From: Candidatus Firestoneibacteriota bacterium
Lineage (GTDB): Bacteria > Oederibacteriota > D2-FULL-39-29 > JBBTED01
NCBI GenBank assembly: GCA_038042445.1
Contig: JBBTED010000018.1
Span: forward strand, 24,081-88,080
DNA length: 64,000 bases
Direction of reading: 5' to 3'
Part shown: positions 9,976 to 19,370 of the stretch, piece by piece
How the letters are laid out: each line of letters starts with the position of its first letter
Position numbering within the stretch: position 1 is the first letter of the stretch
Translations under genes and position numbers: made by a program
Notes under the pieces: model-generated
Seen by the model: only the letters and a program-made list of their open reading frames with translations
Database searches by the model: none
What the model was told of the DNA's origin: nothing

Positions 9976-11559
9976 ATGGATATACTTTTAATTAATCCTT
10001 ATTATAGTCAACGCAAAGAATATCATTCCTTTATTGTTCCTGCTCCACCATTAGCCCTTTTATATCTTACAGGTTATTTAAGGAAATATAATGTGGATTG
10101 TAAAATATGTGAATTTGGAGTTTTTGATCCAAGCGATGCAATTAATATTGGAGAAAGAGTTAGGTTTGGAATTTCAGATGAAGAGATTAAAAAAATCATT
10201 AAAAAAGAAAATCCTAAAATAGTCGGCATAACAAGTATGTATTCTATATATTATGCTGATGTAGTTGATATTGCAAAAACTATAAAGAAAATTAACAATG
10301 ATATTAAGATTGTGCTTGGTGGTAATCATGCTTCTTCGTATTATCCATATATTTTAAAAAATCAAAATATTGATATAGTAGTTATTGGTGAAGGCGAAAG
10401 AGCATTTTTAGATTTATGTAATGTTTTGCTCAATAATGGTGCATTAAAAAATATTAAAGGTATAGCCTATAAAGAGAATGGTAATATAATAAAAAATGAA
10501 CCAGCTGAAGTATTTTCAAATTTAGATGAAATACCATTTCCTGCAAGAGATAGTATAGATTTTAAAAAATACATTCCACCTAGACATATGGTTCCATATT
10601 TGATGCGTTATCCAGCAGCAACTATTATTACAAGTAGAGGATGTCCAGGTAAATGTGTTTATTGTACAGTTAAAGCAGTATGGGGAAGAACTTGGCGAGG
10701 AAGAGGTGCTAAAAATGTTGTTGATGAGATTGAAATGCTTGTCCATGATTATGGTATAAAAGAAATTGTTGTTTTAGATGATAGTGCTAGTATTAATAAG
10801 CAAAGATGGAGTGATATATGTGATGAAATTATTAATAGGAAAATAGATATAAAATGGAGCACACCTAATGGTATAGCACATTGGACTCTTGATAAAAATA
10901 TACTTGATAAGATGAAAAAAGCCGGGTGTTATAGGGTTACTTTTGGCATAGAATCAGGTAATGCAGAAACTAGAAAATTTTTGGGTAAGCCGTATAGTCT
11001 TCAGCAGGCAAAAGAGATGTTAAAATATGCCAATAAAATTGGAATGTGGACAATTTGCACCAATATTTTAGGGTTTCCTTATGAAAAAGAAGATTCAATT
11101 CGCGACACAATTAATTTTGCAAAAAAATGCGGGACAGATTTTGCGACATTTTACCTTTTAATTCCACAGCCTACATCTGATGTATACGGTTATTTTAAAA
11201 AAGAAAATCTCTTAAATCTTGATGCTTTTTTTGAAAATGAAAATCCAGATTGGTATGAATTTGAAAAAATTAACTATATTTTGAGTGAAACAGGGACAGA
11301 TACAATGTTTTTTAAAAAAGAAGAACTTAGAAGGTTGCAAAAAAATGCTTATCGCTCTTTTATAATATACAGATTTCTATCTTATGCTTTTGTTCCATGG
11401 AAAATATTGCATAAATTAAATAGCTGGGAGGATTTTCTTTATTGCATGAAATTATTTAAAAATGGAGCATTAATTTTGTTTAGGCTATTAAATCCATTTA
11501 AAATAGGAACTGTGCATTTTTTATACAAAAAAGGCCACGTAAAAAAAGATACCAAATAA
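9976..11559 (+). CDS. Second B12-binding radical SAM protein.
   Basis: Motif TSRGCPGKCVYC. The domain order matches 7580..9085, but the sequence is divergent. Confidence 0.8.
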   Translation: MDILLINPYYSQRKEYHSFIVPAPPLALLYLTGYLRKYNVDCKICEFGVFDPSDAINIGERVRFGISDEEIKKIIKKENPKIVGITSMYSIYYADVVDIAKTIKKINNDIKIVLGGNHASSYYPYILKNQNIDIVVIGEGERAFLDLCNVLLNNGALKNIKGIAYKENGNIIKNEPAEVFSNLDEIPFPARDSIDFKKYIPPRHMVPYLMRYPAATIITSRGCPGKCVYCTVKAVWGRTWRGRGAKNVVDEIEMLVHDYGIKEIVVLDDSASINKQRWSDICDEIINRKIDIKWSTPNGIAHWTLDKNILDKMKKAGCYRVTFGIESGNAETRKFLGKPYSLQQAKEMLKYANKIGMWTICTNILGFPYEKEDSIRDTINFAKKCGTDFATFYLLIPQPTSDVYGYFKKENLLNLDAFFENENPDWYEFEKINYILSETGTDTMFFKKEELRRLQKNAYRSFIIYRFLSYAFVPWKILHKLNSWEDFLYCMKLFKNGALILFRLLNPFKIGTVHFLYKKGHVKKDTK

Positions 11560-11572
11560 TTTAATTTAAAAT

Positions 11573-14500
11573 ATGAAAAATTTGCTTAAAAAAATAAATA
11601 GTTATTTTTTTTGTGCATTTATTTTTGCAATTTTACTTGCAGCTGTATTATTACCGTATTATTCTAATGGTAATATTATTTTAGGTGGTGAAGGAAATTA
11701 TGTTTTAGATTTTAATGTGCTTCTTGGAAAATTAAATTATACCTGGCAAAATTGGGGTGTAGGTTTTCCAGCTACCAGTTCAAATTATAATTATTTTATT
11801 GTATTCTTTTTTGCATTTCTTCAAAAAATAATTCCAGATATTCAAGTTGTAAATTTCATTTTTATATTTATTTTGTATTTTTTGCCATTTTTTTCCGCTT
11901 TGTTGGTTTGTCGAGTTTTAAATTTAAAACCATTCTTGTCATTTTTAATTTCGTATTTCTATGTTGTTAATCCTTTTTCGTTATACTACTTAGGAACATG
12001 GGTAAATCATTGGAATTCCTTAGTTTTGTTTATTATACCACTATATTTCTTTATTATATTTAAATATTATGAAAAAAACAAATTGCTATTTTTATTTTTT
12101 GGATTGAATTCTGCGCTTTGTGCTTTTACAAATGCAAATCCTCCATTGATGGTAGTAAATCAAATTTCTATTATTATATCACTTGTTTTTACTGGTATTT
12201 ATAAAGACCCGAATTTTTCATTTAATAAGTTTGCAAAAAAATATTTTGTTGTTTTAACGTCATTTTTTCTTTTTAATATTTGGTGGATTTTGAACTGGAT
12301 GAGTGTAATGGTCGATATCCCACAGATGTATTCTACAGGATTTGCATTAGGATGGGCTGATTCGTTTAAAATTTTTCCTAACCTAATATGGAGAAATTTT
12401 ACATTTACATCTTTATTCCCTATTAATTTTTCTGTAGATTTTGTCATAAATTTATACAGTTCTAACTTTAGTTTTTTAATAGTAACAATCCCTATTATAA
12501 TTGTTATATATTTTGTTATGAAATATAAATCATATTCTCCAGTTGTTAAATTTCTTCTTGTTTGTATACTTATTACACTATTTTTAATGAAGGGTATATT
12601 GCCACCATTTGGATTTATATATAAGTTTATGATTATATATATCCCATTTTTTAGTGTTTTTAAAACTCCAATAGAAAAATGGGGAGTTCTATATCTTTTT
12701 CTTTTTATTTTGTTGTTCATAATTCTTTTGAAAGATAATGATAAGAAAAAGGAATATAAATTTTTGTTAGGATTATTTTTGTTTTATCTGTCCTATGTGA
12801 GTTTTCCTTTTGTAACAAGTAAATTTATTTCAGACTATAAAATGTTTGATGGTAACATTGCGACACGTAAATATATTGATAAAAAAGAATATAAAGATTT
12901 GAGGAAAAACCTTAGTAATGATCCAGTTGATTATAGAGTATTTAGTCTCCCTGGAAGTTTAAATTATCAGATAGCACTTACAATGCCCAACGACAAATTT
13001 TATACAGGAATGGATCCTGTTTTAAATAGTATAAACAGACAGTTTATTGCTCAATACAGTAATACTTTAATAAATAACTTTGATGTATTGTACGATAATA
13101 TTTCAAGTGAAAAATTTTCTCGTTTATTAGCATTATATAATATTGGTGCAATTGTTTTAAATAGAGATATACTTCCTTGGTTTGGTTTTAAAGAAAAAGA
13201 AGAAATGCAGGATTTGGAAAATATATTTAATAATGAAAAAATATATAAAAAAGAGCAATTAATTCCAGGAACAGTTTCTTTGTATAAATTACAAAATGAG
13301 CATTTTTTGCCTCATATATATTCTTCTGCATCGATTGTGCCAATTGTAGGAAAAAATCGTTCTTTGTCATCATTAACTTATACTACTTATCTTGATAGCT
13401 ATCCTGCAATTGCTTTTACATCTCAAGTCTTAGAAAAAGGTAATTTTGAAAAAATCATTAAAGATAATATATTGTTTGTAAATTCACAACTTTCGGATTT
13501 AGCACTTGATTTTGTCGATAAAAATAAATCTTTGCAATTATTGTTGGATGAACAAGGGCAAGCTGAGTTTAAAATAAAACAAAGCGCTATTTATGAAGTA
13601 TTGGTACAATTTAAAAGTTCGGTTTCAGATAAAAATGATAAAACATTAATTTTAATAGTTGATAATAATATATTGCCATTACCTGGTAATTGTTTCCAAA
13701 ATCAGCAATGGATAAGATTTGAAAGTGTTTCTCTAAATAAAGGAAAACATAGGATCAGAGTATTTTTCAGAAATGACAGAGGAAAAATCGAAAGCATTAA
13801 AATAGTTCCCCAAAAAATGATGCAACAAATATTGAATGAAACTGATGTATCTTTTAAAAATAATGAGATCCAAACGACCTATTTATTTTATAAAGATGAA
13901 ACATATTTTCAGGAGCAAAATGATAAATATAGATGGAATATTTTAAAACCCAGTAATTATAAAATAAAAATGATACTTTCTCCTAAGGCAGAGTTTATTA
14001 AACAAAAAGATACTGAAAAAGATACATTTTGGCATCTTACAGATTTTAATGAAAATATTTTGAATGCTGATATGCAAAAGCATAAAAGCATTGGAACGAA
14101 TAGTTCTAATGTGTTTTCTGAAAATGATGAAAATATACCATTATCTGTAAATCTTGATTGGAATCATAATAATGAGAAGTCTGAAAAAATAATACAGAAA
14201 TCTTTTAAAAATTTAAAACTAAACAATTTGCCGTATTTTTCTATGATTTTCAAAAAGGATGATTCAGTAAAAGATGTTGCAATTAAATTTTTTGTAAGTA
14301 AATATAAAAATGGATTTTTAAAGAAAAGTTTTACTTTGGAAAATCAGTATTCGAATCATTTTTTTATATCTTCTACTCAAACTTTTATTGCTGATATTTA
14401 CAAAGAAGCAGTAAAAGTATTGAGATTGCCTGTAGATGCAGACTGTTTTTTGATGAAAATAGAGATTAGCGTAATTCGAGTTAAAAAGGGGGAATATAAG

Positions 14501-15604
14501 ATATTGAGTCCTCACAAGTTTGAAATTTATAATGCTGAATTTCATACAGAACTGCCTTTTATAATTGAGAATTCTCCACTTGATGAGAAAAAATTGCAAG
14601 GTAAAGGTATTGATACATTATCTGAAATTTCGTTCGGCAAAGATAAAATCTTAAAATTGCAGTTAGAAACCAAGTCGTATGTAGATTTAAAAACTGATTC
14701 TCAACTTAGAATGATTTTTAAAAAACCAGAAGAGAAAATAAAAAGTAGAGAAAATTTAAAAAATCTTAGATTGTTACTTGATTTGGATTTTGATGGAGAT
14801 GGTAAAAGTGACAAAAAGGCTGAATATGAAGTTCCTATTATGCTTATTCAATCTGATTATGTAATGATTTATTTTGACGTTTATGATGCAGTAAAATCTG
14901 AATTTCCCGGTAAAAAAAATTATCATTTGAATGCATTAAAAATCTCTAAAAATTCCGATATTGATAAAAAGTGGTATAATACACCAATAGTAGTGAGTCG
15001 TACATGGTTAAAAAAGAAACTAATTGATTGTAAGGATTGGAATATGAGCGCCCCAATTTTTGAATTAAATAATAAAAAGTATTATTTAAAGAATATGAAC
15101 ATGAAAAAAATGGAAAATGGAAAATTGTATTTGGAAATTGATTCTATTTATTTTCCAAAAGGGGAACATTTGTTTTCTACAATTGTTAATTCTCAATGGC
15201 AAGTGAATTTTGCAGAAATTGAACCTGTTAGTATAGATGTTGAAAATAAATGGAAAAATAGTGATAATTTGCATTTACCAAAAATCTCTTTTAAAAAGAT
15301 CAATACTACGAAATATGTTGTTGATGTTGAGACCAGTAAACCTTGGACATTGGTATTTAGTGAGGCATATCATCCAAAATGGGAAGCATTCATAAATGGT
15401 GAAACAGTATCTTCTAAAAATCATTTTGTGGTTAATGGATATGCAAATGGATTTTGTATTGACAAAACAGGCAAATATCAAATTGTTATTGAGTATGCAA
15501 CTCAGAAATATTTTAATATAGGTTTAATTGTTTCTGCTATTACATTATTAAGTTGTGTTGGCTATTTGGTCGTAAGAAAACGCAGTGGCAAGTTATTGCT
15601 ATGA
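11573..15604 (+). CDS. Very large (1343 aa) polytopic membrane protein with a YfhO-like / GT-C-like topology. It has ~400 aa of N-terminal TM helices, a large extracytoplasmic domain, and one C-terminal TM.
   Basis: This is a hydrophobicity pattern only. The C-terminal helix is IGLIVSAITLLSCVGYLVVRK. No catalytic motif was recognised. Confidence 0.45.
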   Translation: MKNLLKKINSYFFCAFIFAILLAAVLLPYYSNGNIILGGEGNYVLDFNVLLGKLNYTWQNWGVGFPATSSNYNYFIVFFFAFLQKIIPDIQVVNFIFIFILYFLPFFSALLVCRVLNLKPFLSFLISYFYVVNPFSLYYLGTWVNHWNSLVLFIIPLYFFIIFKYYEKNKLLFLFFGLNSALCAFTNANPPLMVVNQISIIISLVFTGIYKDPNFSFNKFAKKYFVVLTSFFLFNIWWILNWMSVMVDIPQMYSTGFALGWADSFKIFPNLIWRNFTFTSLFPINFSVDFVINLYSSNFSFLIVTIPIIIVIYFVMKYKSYSPVVKFLLVCILITLFLMKGILPPFGFIYKFMIIYIPFFSVFKTPIEKWGVLYLFLFILLFIILLKDNDKKKEYKFLLGLFLFYLSYVSFPFVTSKFISDYKMFDGNIATRKYIDKKEYKDLRKNLSNDPVDYRVFSLPGSLNYQIALTMPNDKFYTGMDPVLNSINRQFIAQYSNTLINNFDVLYDNISSEKFSRLLALYNIGAIVLNRDILPWFGFKEKEEMQDLENIFNNEKIYKKEQLIPGTVSLYKLQNEHFLPHIYSSASIVPIVGKNRSLSSLTYTTYLDSYPAIAFTSQVLEKGNFEKIIKDNILFVNSQLSDLALDFVDKNKSLQLLLDEQGQAEFKIKQSAIYEVLVQFKSSVSDKNDKTLILIVDNNILPLPGNCFQNQQWIRFESVSLNKGKHRIRVFFRNDRGKIESIKIVPQKMMQQILNETDVSFKNNEIQTTYLFYKDETYFQEQNDKYRWNILKPSNYKIKMILSPKAEFIKQKDTEKDTFWHLTDFNENILNADMQKHKSIGTNSSNVFSENDENIPLSVNLDWNHNNEKSEKIIQKSFKNLKLNNLPYFSMIFKKDDSVKDVAIKFFVSKYKNGFLKKSFTLENQYSNHFFISSTQTFIADIYKEAVKVLRLPVDADCFLMKIEISVIRVKKGEYKILSPHKFEIYNAEFHTELPFIIENSPLDEKKLQGKGIDTLSEISFGKDKILKLQLETKSYVDLKTDSQLRMIFKKPEEKIKSRENLKNLRLLLDLDFDGDGKSDKKAEYEVPIMLIQSDYVMIYFDVYDAVKSEFPGKKNYHLNALKISKNSDIDKKWYNTPIVVSRTWLKKKLIDCKDWNMSAPIFELNNKKYYLKNMNMKKMENGKLYLEIDSIYFPKGEHLFSTIVNSQWQVNFAEIEPVSIDVENKWKNSDNLHLPKISFKKINTTKYVVDVETSKPWTLVFSEAYHPKWEAFINGETVSSKNHFVVNGYANGFCIDKTGKYQIVIEYATQKYFNIGLIVSAITLLSCVGYLVVRKRSGKLLL

Positions 15605-16281
15605 AAAATTTTGATAAAAATATTTTTTTAAATGGCAAGTTAATTTATTTATTAATTGCTGACATAATAATTTCCATTTTTTCATGGAGTTTGGCAATTT
15701 ATTTATATAATATTTTTGGTGAAAAAACGCTGACTTTTGAAGTTCTGACTAGACATTCTTATATTATTCTAATTGTAAGCGGTGTTTTGGGATATATATT
15801 AACATTGGGAGGATTTAGAGTTGTTTCCTTAAAAAAGATGCAAGATGTTTTTTTGTATAAAAGTAGGATTTTAATTGCTATAATTTTGTATTGTAGTATT
15901 ATAGTTTTATTTTTTTGTTTTACACCTCCACATTCTATTAGGGCATGGATAGTTTTACTGGTTTATCTGACATCTATTTCTGTTTTTACTTTTATATGGC
16001 ATAAATGGGGAAAATATATATATCAATTGTTTTGTGTTACTTTCTTGGAACAGGATTTTAAAAGATATGTTCCTCCTATTTTATTTGAAAGATTTCCCAA
16101 AGGAAAAGAAAATTCCGGAAAAATTTTTATTGGAATTTTTATTGTACTGATTTTATTTTGTACATTATTGCTAATGTTTCAAAATAAGGAATTGGCTGAT
16201 TATGTAGATGATTATGCCTATTTTTCATTGGTTATCGGTGTTGGAATAGAATTATATAGGGGTAGAAAACATTCTAAATGA
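15601..16281 (+). CDS. Small polytopic membrane protein of unknown function.
   Basis: Start is assigned to the ATG at 15601, which overlaps the upstream stop (ATGA). It has several TM helices. Confidence 0.4.
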   Translation: MKNFDKNIFLNGKLIYLLIADIIISIFSWSLAIYLYNIFGEKTLTFEVLTRHSYIILIVSGVLGYILTLGGFRVVSLKKMQDVFLYKSRILIAIILYCSIIVLFFCFTPPHSIRAWIVLLVYLTSISVFTFIWHKWGKYIYQLFCVTFLEQDFKRYVPPILFERFPKGKENSGKIFIGIFIVLILFCTLLLMFQNKELADYVDDYAYFSLVIGVGIELYRGRKHSK

Positions 16282-17807
16282 TTAAATATTTCTATTTGCC
16301 ACTTCTATTATTTGTCGTAATCGCAATTTTTCAAAAAATTTTTAATAAGTCCAATAGTGTAAATCATAGTTTGTCATCTGCGGAGGCTTTGCAATTACAA
16401 AATAAATTATTTTATATATTGTGTGCATTGTATATTGTTATTTTTGGAGTATTAAGTATTTTGAGATATGTTTCACTGCATAGTACTTTTTGTGATATGG
16501 GAATTTTTGAAAACACAATATGGAAGATAGCATATAATAAGGATTTTTATTTGATTTCATTTGGACATTTTTGGCCAATTTTACTTGTTTATGCATTAAT
16601 TTATAAAATATTTTCATCAGGTATAACTCTTCTTTTGCTTCAGACAATTGCAATTACTGTAGGTGCATATCCACTATATAAAATAGCTCAAAAGCATTTA
16701 AAGGGGGTATTCCCAATAGTAATTGTTTTGTCATACTTCTTGTATTTTGGAGTCGAATATAATAATTTATTTGATTTTCATCCAGACCATCTTTTTATGA
16801 CACTATTACTTTTCGGGTTTTATTTTCTGGAAGAAAAAAACATCAAAGGTTTTATGGTTATTTCTGTTTTAGCTTTATTTATTAAGGAGCCTTTGCTTTT
16901 GTCCCTTAGTTTGTTTGGTTTATATGCAGGAATAAAACACAAAAATTACAAAGAAGGGTTTTTTATTTTTGTTATAGCTATACTGTTTTTTATTGTAGTT
17001 ACGCAAATTACTATACCTTTTTATTTTAAAGGTAAGTATCCTTTTGCCAGCAGTGCAATTTCTTCTAAATTTAACTTAGGTTTTTTAGAAATTATCAAAA
17101 GTGTTATTTTGCATCCATCCAGTTTGATAGTAGAATTGTTTTCTTGTAAAGAAAAATTAATTTATCTTTTTTGCATATTTGCTCCACTATTGTTTGTTCC
17201 ATTGCTTTCACCTTTAGCGCTTTTGCCAACCTTGCCTATGATATTTATAGCTATTTTATCTCAGGCATATAATTATTATTCTTTGCAAAGTCATTATTCT
17301 GCAAGTATTATTCCAGGCCTATTTGTGGCATTTATTTATGGATTAAAAAAAATAGAAAAAGTAAAATGGCTTGCTGTTTATGTTGTAAGTTTTTCAATAT
17401 ATTTTAATGTGGTATTAAGTTCTTCTCCTTCGTCATTATTATTCTGGGAAGGTAAGGATTGGATATATTCAAAGAATGCGTATTTGACTACTAATAGAGA
17501 TAAAATGATAAATGTTGCAATAAAAAAATATATTCCTGTGGATTCAAAAATCAGTGTTACTACACAAAATTCAATTAATAGCGGTAAATTAGCTAAAAGG
17601 GACAAATATTTATTATTTCCTCAATCACAAGATTTTAATAAAAGTGATTATGTAATATTAGATTTAAAAAGGGCGCTTTTTGCCGTGGATAGAACTGATG
17701 GGGAAAAAATTGTTAATGATATTTTAAAAACACGAAAAATACTTTTTGAAGAAGACGGTTTTTATATTTTGACAAAAAAATGTGGTTTGGTGGAAAAAGA
17801 TGACTGA
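16278..17807 (+). CDS. Polytopic membrane protein (about 12 TMs) with a C-terminal soluble domain. It resembles DUF2079/GT-C-like membrane proteins.
   Basis: Hydrophobicity pattern. It is co-directional with the cluster and overlaps it. Confidence 0.35.
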   Translation: MIKYFYLPLLLFVVIAIFQKIFNKSNSVNHSLSSAEALQLQNKLFYILCALYIVIFGVLSILRYVSLHSTFCDMGIFENTIWKIAYNKDFYLISFGHFWPILLVYALIYKIFSSGITLLLLQTIAITVGAYPLYKIAQKHLKGVFPIVIVLSYFLYFGVEYNNLFDFHPDHLFMTLLLFGFYFLEEKNIKGFMVISVLALFIKEPLLLSLSLFGLYAGIKHKNYKEGFFIFVIAILFFIVVTQITIPFYFKGKYPFASSAISSKFNLGFLEIIKSVILHPSSLIVELFSCKEKLIYLFCIFAPLLFVPLLSPLALLPTLPMIFIAILSQAYNYYSLQSHYSASIIPGLFVAFIYGLKKIEKVKWLAVYVVSFSIYFNVVLSSSPSSLLFWEGKDWIYSKNAYLTTNRDKMINVAIKKYIPVDSKISVTTQNSINSGKLAKRDKYLLFPQSQDFNKSDYVILDLKRALFAVDRTDGEKIVNDILKTRKILFEEDGFYILTKKCGLVEKDD

Positions 17808-17890
17808 AAGGAGTACTGGAAGTGCAAACCATAGTTTTAAAAATGAAGCAATTGACAGAAGAATGATTTGGTTATATAATTTAGAGATTA

Positions 17891-17934
17891 TGGTATATAC
17901 CATAGCTAAAAAATTAGAATTCATAATTTGAATT
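17891..17934 (+). promoter_or_regulatory. The palindrome GGTATATACC plus the 17-mer TATACCATAGCTAAAAA, and a second palindrome AATTCA-N5-TGAATT, upstream of the PTS operon.
   Basis: Read directly from the sequence. It is shared with the 29688 region. Confidence 0.4.
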
Positions 17935-17952
17935 AGAGAGGGGGATTATATA

Positions 17953-18417
17953 ATGAGAATATTAGATTTTTTAGTTGAAGATGCTATAAAAATAAATTTG
18001 GAAGCAAAATCCAAAGAAGAGGTGATAAAAGAGTTAGTGAAATTGTTGAAAGAAGCTGGAAAAATCAGTGATGAAAAGAAAGCGTTGCAAATTTTGATGG
18101 AGAGAGAAGAGCTTGGAAGTACAGGTGTAGGACAGGGGGTTGCAATTCCACATGGTAAAACTATTGCAGTGTCTGATTTGGTTTCTGCATTTGGTTTATC
18201 TAAAGAAGGTGTGGATTTTGATGCTCTTGATGGTGCGCCGGTTCACTTGTTTTTCTTGTTATTAGCTCCAGAAGGTGCTGCGGGTTCACATCTTAAAGCA
18301 TTGGCACGGATTTCAAGCTTACTCAAAGATAAATATTTTAGAAAGGCGCTTATAGATGCTAATAGTTCAGCAGATGTATTAAAAATAATTCGTGAGGAAG
18401 AGGAGTTAAGGCATTAA
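17953..18417 (+). CDS. ptsN: PTS EIIA of the fructose/nitrogen type (PtsN-like).
   Basis: It contains the GVAIPHGKT active-site His motif and is 154 aa long. Confidence 0.75.
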   Translation: MRILDFLVEDAIKINLEAKSKEEVIKELVKLLKEAGKISDEKKALQILMEREELGSTGVGQGVAIPHGKTIAVSDLVSAFGLSKEGVDFDALDGAPVHLFFLLLAPEGAAGSHLKALARISSLLKDKYFRKALIDANSSADVLKIIREEEELRH

Positions 18418-18830
18418 TGGTTAATGTATTAGTTGTTTCACATGGCTCATTTGCAAAAGCATTGCTAAAAACAGCAGAGATGATAATTGGTAAGCAAGCG
18501 AATGCTATTAGTGTGTCTATTAATACAGGTGAAGGATTAGATGAATTGAGAGATAAAATGAATACAGTTCTAAAGAGATTTAAAGGAGAAGTGTTGATTT
18601 TATCGGATATGTGTGGGGGGAGTCCATCATTGGTTAGTTTATCTCTTGTTAAAGAATATAATAATGTGGAAGTTATTGTAGGTGTAAATTTGCCGGTTCT
18701 TTTAGAAGTAATGCTTAATAGAGATAAGAGTTTAAAAGAACTTGCAAAGCTGGCAGTTAAAAGAGGTTTGGAAAGTATAGGTAATATTACGCAGAAGATG
18801 AATACGTTAAAAAAATGCAGTTCATTTTAA
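18417..18830 (+). CDS. PTS EIIA component, mannose family.
   Basis: The N-terminus is MVNVLVVSHGSFA, which includes the phosphorylatable His. Confidence 0.75.
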   Translation: MVNVLVVSHGSFAKALLKTAEMIIGKQANAISVSINTGEGLDELRDKMNTVLKRFKGEVLILSDMCGGSPSLVSLSLVKEYNNVEVIVGVNLPVLLEVMLNRDKSLKELAKLAVKRGLESIGNITQKMNTLKKCSSF

Positions 18831-18854
18831 ATACGGTGGACTACTAGTTAAAAA

Positions 18855-19370
18855 ATGCAAATCGTTTTAGCACGAATAGATGATAGATTAATACATGGAC
18901 AGGTAGTAGTTGGATGGGTGACTTATACTGGGGCAAATCATATAGTGGTTATAAATGATACAGTTGCTAAAAATGAAATGCAAAGAACTTTGCTTGAAAT
19001 TGCAGTTCCAGTTCATTTAAGAGTTACAATCTGTACAGTTGATGAGGCACCATCTAAAATTAATGATGTAGAATTTAAAAATGACAAGGGACTATTGCTT
19101 TTTACTAATCCTATTGATGTGCAAAAATTACTCGGAAAATGCAATGCATTTGAAAGTCTGAATGTTGGTGGAATGAAATTTTCTCCTGGAAAAAAAGAAG
19201 TATTAAAGTCTGTGTATCTAAATACACGAGATGCTATTACTTTGCTGAAGTTGAATGAATGTGGAATTGAGATTGAAGGGAGAATGGTTCCTACAGATAA
19301 AAAAGTAGATGTAGTAAAATATATAAAAGATCATAGAGAAAATTTCTTAGGAAAGAATGAAAAAAATTAA
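18855..19370 (+). CDS. PTS EIIB component, mannose/sorbose family.
   Basis: It has the ARIDDRLIHGQVVV His motif. Confidence 0.8.
   Translation: MQIVLARIDDRLIHGQVVVGWVTYTGANHIVVINDTVAKNEMQRTLLEIAVPVHLRVTICTVDEAPSKINDVEFKNDKGLLLFTNPIDVQKLLGKCNAFESLNVGGMKFSPGKKEVLKSVYLNTRDAITLLKLNECGIEIEGRMVPTDKKVDVVKYIKDHRENFLGKNEKN

Noticed and set aside
7580-11559. Possibility that the two radical SAM enzymes plus the methyltransferase form a RiPP/peptide-modification cluster.
   Set aside because: No small precursor-peptide ORF, leader-peptide-binding RRE domain, protease or exporter pairing is visible. The B12-binding class and the surrounding polytopic membrane proteins fit lipid or glycan tailoring better.
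12199-12720. 173-aa minus-strand ORF inside the YfhO-like gene.
   Set aside because: It lies antisense to a long, continuous membrane-protein CDS. It is K/I/N-rich and typical of chance ORFs in AT-rich DNA.
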